From positions 52,918 through 116,917 of the forward strand of contig JAWLBX010000011.1 in the NCBI GenBank assembly GCA_041687435.1: a DNA stretch of 64,000 nt, read 5' to 3'. This document shows positions 50,126 to 60,289 of this stretch, piece after piece. Below the pieces are notes generated by a model. It saw nothing but the letters and a program-made list of their open reading frames with translations. It did not search any database and had not been told where the DNA came from. Positions within the stretch are counted from its first letter, which is position 1. Each line of letters starts with the position of its first letter. The position numbers were made by a program, and so were the translations under genes. The DNA is from Alphaproteobacteria bacterium. GTDB taxonomy: Bacteria; Pseudomonadota; Alphaproteobacteria; Bin95.

Positions 50126-51535
50126 ATGACCGACACTGCTACCCCTTATCTGCGCAACGACACCGGTATCGGCCTGGCCGTGGAGGAAGCGAGAGCCCTG
50201 CTCGGCGACCGGCTGTCCACCGGCCAGGCAGTGCGCGACCAGCACGCCCGCGGCGAGGATTATTTCACCCCGGCCCCGCCGGACGCCGTCGCCTTCGTCC
50301 AATCGACCGAGGAAGTGGCTGCCGTCGTTAAGGTCTGCGCCCGGCACAAGGTACCGGTGATCGCCTGGGGCACCGGTACCTCGCTCGAAGGCCATGTGAC
50401 GGCGCCGCAGGGTGGCATCACCATCGACCTGTCGGGCATGGACCAGGTGCTGCAAGTCAATGCCTCGGACATGGATTGCCGCGTGCAGGCCGGTGTCACG
50501 CGCAAGGCGCTGAACGCGCACATCCGCGACACCGGTCTGATGTTTCCGGTCGACCCTGGCGCCGACGCCTCACTGGGCGGCATGGCCTCGGTCTGTGCCA
50601 GCGGCACCAATGCGGTGCGCTACGGCACGATGAAGGAAAACGTGCTGGGGCTGACCGTGGTTACCCCGGACGGCACCATCATCAAGACCGGCGGCCGCGC
50701 GCGCAAGACCTCCGCCGGCTACGATCTCACCCACCTCTATGTCGGCAGCGAGGGCACACTTGGCATCATCACCGAGGTGCAGCTTCGCCTCTATGGCATT
50801 CCGGAGGCAATGGCCGCGGCGATCTGCCAATACGACGATCTGCAAAGCGCCGTCGATACCGTGGTGACCGTGCTCCAATACGGCATTCCCGTCGCCCGCA
50901 TGGAGTTGCTGGACGAGGCCCAGATGGCGGCCTGTATCGCCTTCTCCAAGCTGGACGAGTTGCAGCCAAAGCCGACCCTGTTCTTTGAATTCCATGGCTC
51001 CGAAGCCAGCACCAGGGAACAGGCGGAAACGGTCCAGGGCATTGCCGAGGAATTCGGCGGCAGCCAGTTCTCCTGGGCGACGCGCGAGGAAGACCGCAAC
51101 CGGCTGTGGGAAGCCCGGCACAACGCCTATTACGCCTGCCTCGCCATGGCGCCGGGCAAGCGTGGCTGGGCGACCGACGTGGTGGTGCCGATCAGCCGGC
51201 TGGCCGAATGCATTCTGGAAACCAAGCAGGATATCGGCGCAAACGGCCTTTACGCGCCGATCTGCGGCCATGTCGGCGACGGCAATTTCCACTGCTGCCT
51301 CATGCTGGACCCAGAGGTGGAGGCCGAGAAGCAGGCGGCGCACGATTTCTCGAAGCGCCTGGTCGACCGGGCGCTGGCCATGGGCGGCACCTGCACCGGC
51401 GAGCACGGCGTCGGCATTGGCAAGATCGGCTCGCTGCAGAAGGAAACTGGCGAGGCCTACGAATACATGCGCCGGATCAAGCAGGCGCTGGACCCGGACA
51501 ACATCATGAACCCGGGCAAGGTGGTGGTGTTATAG
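50126..51535 (+). CDS. FAD-linked oxidase (D-lactate / D-2-hydroxyacid dehydrogenase, GlcD-like)
   Basis: ATG with a GGAG RBS. An FAD-binding PCMH domain (PVIAWGTGTSLEGH) is followed by a C-terminal FAD-oxidase_C domain (GGTCTGEHGVGIGK). Confidence 0.85.
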   Translation: MTDTATPYLRNDTGIGLAVEEARALLGDRLSTGQAVRDQHARGEDYFTPAPPDAVAFVQSTEEVAAVVKVCARHKVPVIAWGTGTSLEGHVTAPQGGITIDLSGMDQVLQVNASDMDCRVQAGVTRKALNAHIRDTGLMFPVDPGADASLGGMASVCASGTNAVRYGTMKENVLGLTVVTPDGTIIKTGGRARKTSAGYDLTHLYVGSEGTLGIITEVQLRLYGIPEAMAAAICQYDDLQSAVDTVVTVLQYGIPVARMELLDEAQMAACIAFSKLDELQPKPTLFFEFHGSEASTREQAETVQGIAEEFGGSQFSWATREEDRNRLWEARHNAYYACLAMAPGKRGWATDVVVPISRLAECILETKQDIGANGLYAPICGHVGDGNFHCCLMLDPEVEAEKQAAHDFSKRLVDRALAMGGTCTGEHGVGIGKIGSLQKETGEAYEYMRRIKQALDPDNIMNPGKVVVL

Positions 51536-51552
51536 ACATTCGGTCCGCCCTT

Positions 51553-51595
51553 GGGCTGTTTCCCTGAGCCTGCTGCGGCCCAGGCTCAGGGAAAC
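51553..51595. terminator. long inverted repeat downstream of the FAD-oxidase gene
   Basis: gtttccctgagcctg (ctgcggccc) aggctcagggaaac is a 15-bp perfect stem lying between convergent genes. Confidence 0.5.
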
Positions 51596-51625
51596 AAGGC
51601 GGCGCATTCGAAACAAGCCGCCCCG

Positions 51626-52414
51626 TCAGTATGGGCTGCCGCTCTCCTTCTTCACCGCGCCCTTCATCTTGCCCAGCTCCTGCTGGCAGCCAATGGCCAT
51701 CATGCGGCTGTCGTTGGCGATGGTGGTGAGCAGGAAGCCGGCGTCGATCATCTTTAGCGCGAATTCCGCCGTGCCGCAGTGCAGGCCGGCCGGAACGCCG
51801 TGTTTTTTCGCGCCCGCCAGAATATCCATCATCTTGTCATATACGAACTGGTCGGTCGGATCGAGCACCGGGTTGCGGCCATAGCTAAGCGCCAAGTCGG
51901 ATGGGCCGATATAGATGCCGTCCAGGCCCGGCGTGCTGAGGATCTCGTCCAGATTCTGCACCGCCTGGTCGGTCTCGATCATGGCGATGGCCAGCACGGT
52001 GTCGTTGGCCTCTTTCACATAGTCACTGCCGGAATACAGCACCGCCCGGATCGGCCCGTTGGAGCGGTAGCCGACCGGCGGGTATTTCACGGCACCCACA
52101 AACGCCTCACATTCGGCGCGGCTGTTGATCATCGGCGCGATGATGCCCTGGGCGCCCGCATCCAGCAGCTTCATGATCGCCGCCGGATCGTTCCACGGCA
52201 CGCGCGCCATCGGCGGCTTCGAGGTGGTGGAGATCGCCTGGAACATGTGCACCGCGTCGATGTAGTCGATCAGGCCGTGCTGACAGTCGACCGTGATCGC
52301 GTCCCAGTCCTGATGGGCCATCACCTCGGCGGAGAAGCTGGACGGGATCGCGCACCAGCCGTTGACGATGGGCTTGCCGGCCTTCCAGGCCTCGCGAACG
52401 GGGTTCGGTCTCAT
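51626..52414 (-). CDS. HpcH/HpaI-family 2-keto-3-deoxy-acid aldolase
   Basis: Internal ATG start (MRPNPVREAWKAGKP). Class II aldolase/citrate lyase-like TIM barrel motifs (MIETDQAV; DGIYIGPSDL). Confidence 0.8.
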   Translation of the reverse strand: MRPNPVREAWKAGKPIVNGWCAIPSSFSAEVMAHQDWDAITVDCQHGLIDYIDAVHMFQAISTTSKPPMARVPWNDPAAIMKLLDAGAQGIIAPMINSRAECEAFVGAVKYPPVGYRSNGPIRAVLYSGSDYVKEANDTVLAIAMIETDQAVQNLDEILSTPGLDGIYIGPSDLALSYGRNPVLDPTDQFVYDKMMDILAGAKKHGVPAGLHCGTAEFALKMIDAGFLLTTIANDSRMMAIGCQQELGKMKGAVKKESGSPY

Positions 52415-53382
52415 TTCAGCACCTCCTTGTTGATGACGTTGTCGGGGTTGAGCTTGCCGTCGAAGCAATCGACCACATTCTGCGCGGAGGCCGCACCCAT
52501 CCGGAACATGCTTTCCTGGGTCACGCCGGCCGAATGCGGCGAGACAATGATGTTGTCGAGCTCGAACAGCGGGTTGTCCGGCGTCGCCGGCTCCACCACG
52601 AACGGGTCGATACCGGCGCCGGCAATCACGTTGCGCTTCAGGCAGTCGTAGAGCGCTGCCTCGTCAATGATGCCGCCGCGGGCGGTGTTGACGACGAAAG
52701 CGGTCGGCTTCATCGCCTCCATCTCTGCCTTGCCGACCATGCCCGTCGTCTCCTCGTTCTTCGGGCAGTTGACAGAGACGAAATCCATCTCGCCCAGCAC
52801 GGCGCGCCAGTCGGCCACCGGCTCCGCGCCTGCCGTGACGATGGCGTCCTGAACGACGTAGGGGTCGTGCACGAACACGCTCATGCCCATCGCGTTCAGC
52901 ATCGGCACCAGCCGCCGACCGATCCGGCCGAAGCCCAGCACCAGCACGTTCTTGCCAGCGAGATCGTAGGCGGGCAGTTCGAAGCGGATGTTCCAGTTGC
53001 CCTTGCGCACCTCCCGGTCGTACTCGCGGGCCCGCTTGGCACAGGCCATCATGAAGAACAGGGAATGCTCGGCCACGGTGATCGAGTTGGCGATGCCGAC
53101 CACCGCCAAGGGAATGCCGGCCTTGGTCAGGGCCGGCACGTTGACCGCATCATAGCCGACGCCGTGCCGGGCGACGATCTTCAGCCGGTCCGCCTTCTCG
53201 ATTATCGCCGGCGTGAACGGCGCCACGCCCAGAATAGCGGCATCATAGTTGCCGATATGCTGAAGGATGTTCGCCTCGGAGACTTCCGTGAAGCGTTCCA
53301 CCTCGATATCGGGGCGTTCGGAAAATACGGACATCAACCCGTCCGACAGGGGCATTTGCACCATCACGCGGTATTTTGGCAT
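52411..53382 (-). CDS. D-isomer-specific 2-hydroxyacid dehydrogenase
   Basis: NAD-binding GFGRIGRRL plus catalytic R, E and H residues in VNTARGGIIDE...SPHSAG. ATG verified. Confidence 0.85.
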   Translation of the reverse strand: MPKYRVMVQMPLSDGLMSVFSERPDIEVERFTEVSEANILQHIGNYDAAILGVAPFTPAIIEKADRLKIVARHGVGYDAVNVPALTKAGIPLAVVGIANSITVAEHSLFFMMACAKRAREYDREVRKGNWNIRFELPAYDLAGKNVLVLGFGRIGRRLVPMLNAMGMSVFVHDPYVVQDAIVTAGAEPVADWRAVLGEMDFVSVNCPKNEETTGMVGKAEMEAMKPTAFVVNTARGGIIDEAALYDCLKRNVIAGAGIDPFVVEPATPDNPLFELDNIIVSPHSAGVTQESMFRMGAASAQNVVDCFDGKLNPDNVINKEVLK

Positions 53383-53456
53383 AGGCGGTTTCCTGCTGCG
53401 TCATTCTCGATTACCCGCCAAGATAGAGCATGAGAGGCCCTATCGGGCAAGCACAG

Positions 53457-54665
53457 TCATAGCGGTTTCGGCTTGCCGGCCCTGGAGGCGAAGGCGGAGG
53501 CCAGCACGCAATAGAGCGCGGCCGCCCAGGCGACCGTCTCCACGCTGGTGCCGACATCGAAGGCGACGCCCATCACCATCGGGCCGAGGCCGGTGGAAAA
53601 CACCATAAACGAGGTTCCGAACGCCCGGATCGCGCCGACATGGGCAACGCCGTACAGCTCCGCCCAGAGCGAACTCAGCACCACCGAACTCACGCCGGAG
53701 CCGAAGCCCAACAGGCCCAAAAAGATCGGCGGCCACCAGAGCGAAAATCCCAACGCAAGCGAAACGCAGCACAAGGCGAGCGGCGTCAGGTAAAACGGCA
53801 CCATGCGCCTGGCGGTAAACCGGTCCACCAACGACCCGCCCGTCAGCATTCCCAACACGGAGGAGGCGGCATAGGCGGAAAACGAGGCCGCCATCAACTC
53901 GATCGGCCAACCTTTCGCGCCCGCCAGATGTACCTGGTGGAACACGAAGCCGGTGGAAACGAACGCCGGCGTCAGCAGCACCGGCATCCGCATCCACAGG
54001 CCTGGATCGCGCAGCATCTGGCCAACCTTATAGCCCTCGTTGGAATTGACGCCATGCCGTCGCGCCAGCGTTTCCGCCCGGGCCGAAAGGTCTTCGCCGC
54101 GGATCAGCCAGAGGGCCAACGGCAGCAGCAGTAGGATCAGCCCTGCCGTAATCCACCACGTCTCCCGCCAGGTCAGGAAGGCCAGCAGCGTCACGACAAA
54201 AGGAGGCGCCACCGCCGCGCCCAGGGCCTGCCCCAGCTGGGCCGTGCTGATCGCGCGGCCGCGTTCGGCTACGAAATAGCGGGCCATGGCCGTAATGCCG
54301 ATATGGGTGGACATGCCCTGGCCCATCAGACGCAGCCCGTAGATAGCCACCGCGCAACTGACGGCCCCCCAGGTGAAACCCATGAAGGTCGCGATGCCAG
54401 CCAAGCCCAGCAGGGTCAGCGTCGTGGTGCGTTCGATGCTCCAATGATCGACCACCCGGCCCAGCCAGATGATCGTGGCAGCACTGGCCAGCGTGCCGGC
54501 CATATAGACCGTGCCGAACTCACCGTGCGACAGGCCGAATTCCGCCCGTATCTCGCCGCCGAACAGGGAGATGAAGAACGTCTGACCGCCGCTGGAAAGG
54601 AAACAGAGCGCGAAGCCGAAGCCGATCAGCCTAGCATTGGCGCGCAGAAAGCCGAAAGAGAACAT
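53457..54665 (-). CDS. MFS transporter
   Basis: Internal ATG start (MFSFGFLRANARLIGFGF). Twelve predicted transmembrane segments. Confidence 0.75.
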   Translation of the reverse strand: MFSFGFLRANARLIGFGFALCFLSSGGQTFFISLFGGEIRAEFGLSHGEFGTVYMAGTLASAATIIWLGRVVDHWSIERTTTLTLLGLAGIATFMGFTWGAVSCAVAIYGLRLMGQGMSTHIGITAMARYFVAERGRAISTAQLGQALGAAVAPPFVVTLLAFLTWRETWWITAGLILLLLPLALWLIRGEDLSARAETLARRHGVNSNEGYKVGQMLRDPGLWMRMPVLLTPAFVSTGFVFHQVHLAGAKGWPIELMAASFSAYAASSVLGMLTGGSLVDRFTARRMVPFYLTPLALCCVSLALGFSLWWPPIFLGLLGFGSGVSSVVLSSLWAELYGVAHVGAIRAFGTSFMVFSTGLGPMVMGVAFDVGTSVETVAWAAALYCVLASAFASRAGKPKPL

Positions 54666-54809
54666 ACCGGCTTGTTTAGACCAAGTGTTTGTGCCCTGCC
54701 AATGCGCGCGGGGACGCGGCGTTTCTGGGAGTGGGCATCGCCAGCCGGGCATGATAGAAAATTGCCGAAACAAACAGCCCTGTCATTCCGCGCGAATAAG
54801 GACAGTTCC

Positions 54810-57191
54810 ATGAACGATGCCGTCAACGTAATGGACGTCGATTTCGAGAAATTCGCCATCGGTCAGCCGGTACCGCGCAAGGAAGACCCGACACTGGTCC
54901 GCGGCCAGGGGCGCTATACCGACGACATCAACCTGCCGGGGCAGGCCCATGCCGTCGTGGTGCGCAGCCCGATTGCGCACGGTGTCATCAAGGCCATAGA
55001 GACCGACGACGCCAAGGCCATGCCCGGCGTGCTGGCGGTCTATACCGGTCACGACCTGATCGCCGCCGGGCTTGACCGCATGGGCACCGGCATGAGCTTC
55101 AAGCAGCGCGACGGTTCGGACATGCCGAAACCGGTGCAGCCGCCGCTCGCCATCGACAAGGTGCGCTATGTCGGCGATCCGGTCGCCATCGTCGTCGCCG
55201 AAACGGCCTACCAAGCGAAGGATGCGGCGGAGGCGGTGTTCCTCGACATCGAGTCCCTGCCCGCCGTCACCCGCGCCGCCGAGGCGGTGAAGCCGGATGC
55301 GTCGCAACTCTATGATGCGACGCCCGGGAACGTGGTGCTGGACTTCCACCATGGCGAGACGGAGGCCGTGGACAAGGCCTTTCGGGAGGCCGCGCACGTC
55401 GTCTCCATGGCCATCGACAACCCCCGCGTTGTCGTCAACGCGCTGGAGCCGCGGGCGGCGATTGCGGAGTACGATGCGGGCGAGCAGCACTATACCCTGC
55501 ATCTCGGCTGCCAGGGCGCATTTCCGATGCGGAACAATCTGGCGAACGTGCTGGGCGTGGAGCGCGACAAGGTCCGGGTGCTGATCGGCAATGTCGGCGG
55601 CTCGTTCGGCATGAAGTCAGCGGTCTATCCGGAGTATATCGGCATCCTCCATGCCGCCAAGACACTCGGTCGCCCAGTAAAGTGGACCGACGAGCGTTCC
55701 GGCTCCTTCCTCTCCGACAGCCACGGCCGCAGCCATGAGATGAAACAGACCATGGCCTTCGACCGGGACGGGCGCATCACCGCGCTGCGGGTCGAAGGCT
55801 ACGGCAATATCGGCGCCAACCTCTCCAACGGCACGGTCATGCAGCCAACCGGCAACGTCGTAAAAAACACGATCAGCGTCTATGCGACGCCGCTGCAGGA
55901 CATCAACACCAAGGCCGTGTTCACCAACGCCACACCGGTAGGTCCCTATCGCGGCGCCGGGCGGCCGGAAAGCAATTATTATATCGAACGGCTGCTGGAT
56001 ACGGCGGCGCACGAAATGGGCATCGACCGGATCGAAATCCGCAAGCGCAATCACATCAAGCCGGAGCAATTCCCGTACCAGACACCCGCCGGCACCACTT
56101 ACGACAGCGGCGAATTCACCGCTCTGCTGGAAAAGGCGGTGAACGCGGCGGATTACGAGGGCTTCGAGGACCGGCGGCAGGAAAGCCTCAGCAAGGGCCT
56201 GATCCGCGGCCTCGGCATTGGCCAGTATCTGGAGGTGACCGGCCCGCCGTCGAAGGAGATGGGCGGCATCCGGTTTGAGGATGACGGCAGCGTCACCATC
56301 ATCACCGGCACGCTCGACTACGGCCAAGGCCACGCGACACCGTTCGCGCAGGTGCTGGCGAGCCGGCTTGGCATTCCGTTCGACCGGATCAACCTGCTGC
56401 AGGGCGACTCGGACGAATTGCTGGCGGGTGGCGGCACCGGCGGCTCCAAGTCAATGATGGCGTCGGGCCAGGCGATCTTCGAGGCCGGCGAGATCGTCAA
56501 GGAGAACGGCGCCAAGATCGCCGCGCATCTGCTGGAAGCGGCCGCCACCGACATCGAATTCACCATCGGCCCGCGCGGCGGCGAGTTCGAGATCGTCGGT
56601 ACCGACCGGCGCATCGGTATCATGGAAATTGCCGAACGCATCCGCAGCGGCGTGGAACTGCCGCCGGATGTGCCGCAAAGCCTCTCCGTCGCACACGTGG
56701 CCGAGGGGCCGCCCTTCGCCTACCCGAACGGCTGCCACATCGCGGAGGTCGAGGTCGACCCCGAAACCGGCGTGGTCCAGGTGGTGAAGTACACCATGGT
56801 CAACGACTTCGGGGTGGTCATCAATCCGATGCTGGTGGAAGGCCAGTCGCACGGGGGCGTCGCCCAGGGCCTGGGCCAGGCCCTGCTGGAACGGGTGGTC
56901 TACGACGCAGAAGGCCAGCCACAGACCGGCAGCTTCATGGATTACGCCATGCCCCGCGCCAGCGACATGCCGATGATGGCAACAGAATACCACAACGTCC
57001 CGGCCAAGACGAACCTGCTGGGGGTCAAGGGCTGCGGCGAGGCCGGCTGCGCCGGTGCCATGCCCAGCATCATGAACGCCCTGGTCGATGCGCTCCGCCG
57101 CGAATACGGCATCACGCATATCGACATGCCAGCAACACCACTGCGAGTTTGGGAAGCGATTCAGGCCGCCAGAGCCAGACAAGCCGCGTAA
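54810..57191 (+). CDS. xanthine dehydrogenase / CO dehydrogenase family molybdopterin-binding large subunit (CoxL-like)
   Basis: ATG verified. 793 aa with the N-terminal Ald_Xan_dh_C hammerhead and C2 domains. Conserved GGSFG and GCGE-type motifs are present. Confidence 0.85.
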   Translation: MNDAVNVMDVDFEKFAIGQPVPRKEDPTLVRGQGRYTDDINLPGQAHAVVVRSPIAHGVIKAIETDDAKAMPGVLAVYTGHDLIAAGLDRMGTGMSFKQRDGSDMPKPVQPPLAIDKVRYVGDPVAIVVAETAYQAKDAAEAVFLDIESLPAVTRAAEAVKPDASQLYDATPGNVVLDFHHGETEAVDKAFREAAHVVSMAIDNPRVVVNALEPRAAIAEYDAGEQHYTLHLGCQGAFPMRNNLANVLGVERDKVRVLIGNVGGSFGMKSAVYPEYIGILHAAKTLGRPVKWTDERSGSFLSDSHGRSHEMKQTMAFDRDGRITALRVEGYGNIGANLSNGTVMQPTGNVVKNTISVYATPLQDINTKAVFTNATPVGPYRGAGRPESNYYIERLLDTAAHEMGIDRIEIRKRNHIKPEQFPYQTPAGTTYDSGEFTALLEKAVNAADYEGFEDRRQESLSKGLIRGLGIGQYLEVTGPPSKEMGGIRFEDDGSVTIITGTLDYGQGHATPFAQVLASRLGIPFDRINLLQGDSDELLAGGGTGGSKSMMASGQAIFEAGEIVKENGAKIAAHLLEAAATDIEFTIGPRGGEFEIVGTDRRIGIMEIAERIRSGVELPPDVPQSLSVAHVAEGPPFAYPNGCHIAEVEVDPETGVVQVVKYTMVNDFGVVINPMLVEGQSHGGVAQGLGQALLERVVYDAEGQPQTGSFMDYAMPRASDMPMMATEYHNVPAKTNLLGVKGCGEAGCAGAMPSIMNALVDALRREYGITHIDMPATPLRVWEAIQAARARQAA

Positions 57192-57249
57192 AAGAGAGGC
57201 CGGCGCTGGAACCAGGCTGGCCTGCGTTGCAACCTGCCCGCGGCTGGAA

Positions 57250-58539
57250 TTACGCGGACGCGTCATCCTTGCGTTGCATCACGGCGCCGAAGAACCCATC
57301 GGTATCGTGCTGCGCTGGCGTCAGTTTCAAAAAATCGCCGGTGGCTATATCCGTCAGGACGCTGGATGCAGGAACCAGGAAGAAATCCGGGTGCTCTTCC
57401 AGGAATTTTACAATCACGTCTTCATTCTCGCGCATCAGAATGGAACAAGTGCCGTAAATCACCCGCCCGCCGGGCTTCACCATCGAGGAGCCACGGTGCA
57501 GCAGCGATTCCTGGATCGCCGTGATCTCGTCCAGATCGGTCCCCTTGGTGCCCCAGCGCGCATCCGGATTGCGGCGCCATGTTCCAGTACCGGAACACGG
57601 GGCATCGACCAGAACCCGGTCGAAATCCCATTTGTGCCGCTTCAGCCATGGGTCACTGGTGCCGGTGATGAGCCGGCAGCGCGAATTCTGGACGCCGGCG
57701 CGGCGCATGCGCTCGCGCGCGCGTTCCAGCTTCTGCTCGTAAATATCGCACGCGGAGATACGGCCGCGATTGTTCATCATGGCGGCCAATGCCAGGCTCT
57801 TGCCGCCGGCGCCGGCGCAAAGGTCAAGCACGTGCATGCCGGCCTGGGCATCCACAAGCATGGCCAACAATTGCGAGCCTTCATCCTGCACCTCTACCAA
57901 GCCTTGCCGAAAAGCCTGGACCGCACCCAGCGGCGGCCGGCCCTCAACGCGGATGCCAAACGGCGAATGCTGGGTCGGCCGGCCAAGAATGCCTTCCTCC
58001 GCCAGCGCCGCCAACGCCGCATCGCGCTCGATCATCAGCGTGTTGGCGCGCAGGTCGAGCGGTGCCTGGTCCAGCATCGCCGTCAGCTCTTCCTCGAGCC
58101 GGTCGCCAAGCGAGCGTTGCAGTTCGGCCGCCGCCCATTCCGGCACCTCCAGCCGCACATGCCAGGGCATCTGCTTCGGGGTCAGGCCGTGGTTGATCAC
58201 CGCCAGCGCCAATTGCGCCTCAGCCGCGTTTAACGGCCGCGCGCCATAGCGGCCACCGGTGAAGGAGCTGTTGAACAGGCTGGGGGCATGCACGGCCTGG
58301 TCGATAATCACCCAGCCCCGCGGCATCGGCGGCAGCTTCGCCTGACCCAGCCACCAATCGTACCGGGCACGGTGGCGGAGCACGCGGAACACTTGGTTGG
58401 CGACGACATTGCGATCGCGGGAGCCCATATAACGGCGGAACCGCAACTGGTTGCTGACGACCCGGTCGGCCGGCAGATCGGTAGAGGCGATCGCGGTCAG
58501 GATTTCGATCGATGTCGCGACGCGTGCAGCTGGCGTCAT
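57250..58539 (-). CDS. rsmB: 16S rRNA (cytosine967-C5)-methyltransferase
   Basis: Internal ATG start (MTPAARVATSIEIL). An N-terminal NusB-like region is followed by a SAM-binding domain (DLCAGAGGKS) and catalytic DAPCSGTG and GTCS motifs. Confidence 0.85.
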   Translation of the reverse strand: MTPAARVATSIEILTAIASTDLPADRVVSNQLRFRRYMGSRDRNVVANQVFRVLRHRARYDWWLGQAKLPPMPRGWVIIDQAVHAPSLFNSSFTGGRYGARPLNAAEAQLALAVINHGLTPKQMPWHVRLEVPEWAAAELQRSLGDRLEEELTAMLDQAPLDLRANTLMIERDAALAALAEEGILGRPTQHSPFGIRVEGRPPLGAVQAFRQGLVEVQDEGSQLLAMLVDAQAGMHVLDLCAGAGGKSLALAAMMNNRGRISACDIYEQKLERARERMRRAGVQNSRCRLITGTSDPWLKRHKWDFDRVLVDAPCSGTGTWRRNPDARWGTKGTDLDEITAIQESLLHRGSSMVKPGGRVIYGTCSILMRENEDVIVKFLEEHPDFFLVPASSVLTDIATGDFLKLTPAQHDTDGFFGAVMQRKDDASA

Positions 58540-58546
58540 TCGGAAC

Positions 58547-59143
58547 TCATTCTTCTGGTTCGTGTTTTGGGCGGCGGGTGCGGCGTAACAGAACGTACAG
58601 CGCACCCGATCCACCATCTTTGACATGGGCATCGGTGATCGCGGCGACATGCTGGTTCAACGGCGGCGTTTCAAGCCACCGCGGCACACTGCGTCGCAGT
58701 ACCCCTATAGCGTCTTCGGGCCGCGAAGCCATTGGATCCCAGCCTTTGCCGGTGATGATCAATACCAGCCGCCGGTTCATGGACCGGCTGGCCGTTATAA
58801 ACCGCATCAGTGCGCCGTGCGCCTGTGATTGCGTCATACCATGCAGGTCAAGCCGGCCTTCAACTGGCAACTTGCCCTTACGTAAGCGCTGGGCTGTACG
58901 TTTGTCCAGGGCTAGGGCGGTCGATTTTTTCGATATGGCCGGCGGCGCACCTTGGGGCGGCTGTACCGCCCGGTGGCCTGAAGCCTGGGCCGGTGCCGGC
59001 TTTGGCGTGTGTTTCGGCTGTTCAACAGGCTGGGCCGGTGCCGGCGGCAAGAACGCGGCACGGCGGCGCAGGGGCGTCACCGATGTCGCAACCCGCCGCC
59101 ACAACTCATGCTCTTCATTACTCAGCCGCCGGCGCGATGCCAT
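58547..59143 (-). CDS. Smr-domain protein
   Basis: The C-terminal Smr domain (LDLHGMTQSQAHGAL...LVLIITGKG) is preceded by a proline-rich region. Confidence 0.7.
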   Translation of the reverse strand: MASRRRLSNEEHELWRRVATSVTPLRRRAAFLPPAPAQPVEQPKHTPKPAPAQASGHRAVQPPQGAPPAISKKSTALALDKRTAQRLRKGKLPVEGRLDLHGMTQSQAHGALMRFITASRSMNRRLVLIITGKGWDPMASRPEDAIGVLRRSVPRWLETPPLNQHVAAITDAHVKDGGSGALYVLLRRTRRPKHEPEE

Positions 59144-59146
59144 GAC

Positions 59147-59605
59147 TCAATCCTGCACCTGGGGCAAATGCTGGCGCGCGAACATGCGCCAGTCATCGCC
59201 AGGCGCGTTCGCCTCCGGTCCACGGGTGGCGCTGCCGTAGTCTTTCATCAGGCGCAGCGTGACGCCGCCATAGCGCCAAACGTCAAGCCAGCCATGCAGG
59301 CTGGCCAATGCCAGGGCCAGGGTGCGCTTGCGCAGTCGGTACATCACCCAGACATTCGCGGTTGTTAGCGTCAGGATCACGCAACTCGCCAAAATCCCCA
59401 GCGCCCAGATCCAGCCGCCCAGCATCCACGCCGTCGCAACACAGCAGACGGTCGCAATCAGCGGCAGCGTATTGTCGAAATGGCTATGGCTCGGCGAGCC
59501 TGGCCGGTTGAAATGCCGCAAATCGATACCGATCAGCAGCCTTTCATCTTGGTTTGCATACCATATCCGTTCGAACAGGGATTGATCGTCCTCAACCTCG
59601 GCCAT
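59147..59605 (-). CDS. hypothetical membrane protein
   Basis: 152-aa ORF with two predicted transmembrane helices and no recognised motif. It lies between the Smr and GST genes on the same strand. Confidence 0.4.
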   Translation of the reverse strand: MAEVEDDQSLFERIWYANQDERLLIGIDLRHFNRPGSPSHSHFDNTLPLIATVCCVATAWMLGGWIWALGILASCVILTLTTANVWVMYRLRKRTLALALASLHGWLDVWRYGGVTLRLMKDYGSATRGPEANAPGDDWRMFARQHLPQVQD

Positions 59606-59623
59606 GATCCAGCGGCAACGGCC

Positions 59624-60253
59624 TCAGGTAATCGGAATGTCGGAGACATGGGCGCGGAAGGCCGGTCTGGCCAGCATGCGGTCATACCACGCACGCAGGT
59701 TCGGCATATCGTCCGGCCGGTTTGGAACATCCATGCCGAACCAGCGGTGCACCATGCTGCCGAACGGAAATTCCGCCATGGTGATGGCATTCCCGCCAAC
59801 ATAATCCTGCCCATCCAGGCGGGCATCCAACATGCGGAAGGCAGCAGCCGATGCCTTGATGCCAGCATTGATCTGGTCCCAGTTCTGCTTGTCCGGCGCG
59901 GTACGGATCAGCCCCCAAAACACATCCCGCATCGCCGGCGCCAGCGTGGTCTGCTGCCAGTCCATCCACCGGTCGAGATCGGCACGCACCGCAAGCTCTT
60001 CCGGATACATGCCGCCCACATCATGCTTGGCCGTCAAATAGCGGACGATGGCATTGGATTCCCATAGCACCAAATCGCCGTCGACAATCGTCGGCACGCG
60101 GCCGTTCGGGTTCATGGCCAGATAGTCAGGCTGATCGTTACCGCCGAATTCACCGCCGATATCGCTGCGCTCGAACGGAATGCCCAGTTCGCCGGCCGCC
60201 CAGGTCACCTTCATGACGTTGCTGGAATTGTTCCGGCCCAAGATTTTCAGCAT
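59624..60253 (-). CDS. glutathione S-transferase
   Basis: An N-terminal thioredoxin-like GST domain (VPTIVDGDLVLWESNAIVRYL) is followed by a C-terminal helical domain. Confidence 0.8.
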   Translation of the reverse strand: MLKILGRNNSSNVMKVTWAAGELGIPFERSDIGGEFGGNDQPDYLAMNPNGRVPTIVDGDLVLWESNAIVRYLTAKHDVGGMYPEELAVRADLDRWMDWQQTTLAPAMRDVFWGLIRTAPDKQNWDQINAGIKASAAAFRMLDARLDGQDYVGGNAITMAEFPFGSMVHRWFGMDVPNRPDDMPNLRAWYDRMLARPAFRAHVSDIPIT

Positions 60254-60289
60254 GCGTTTGGTCCCTTCGTTCCGGTCTGAACCGGTACT

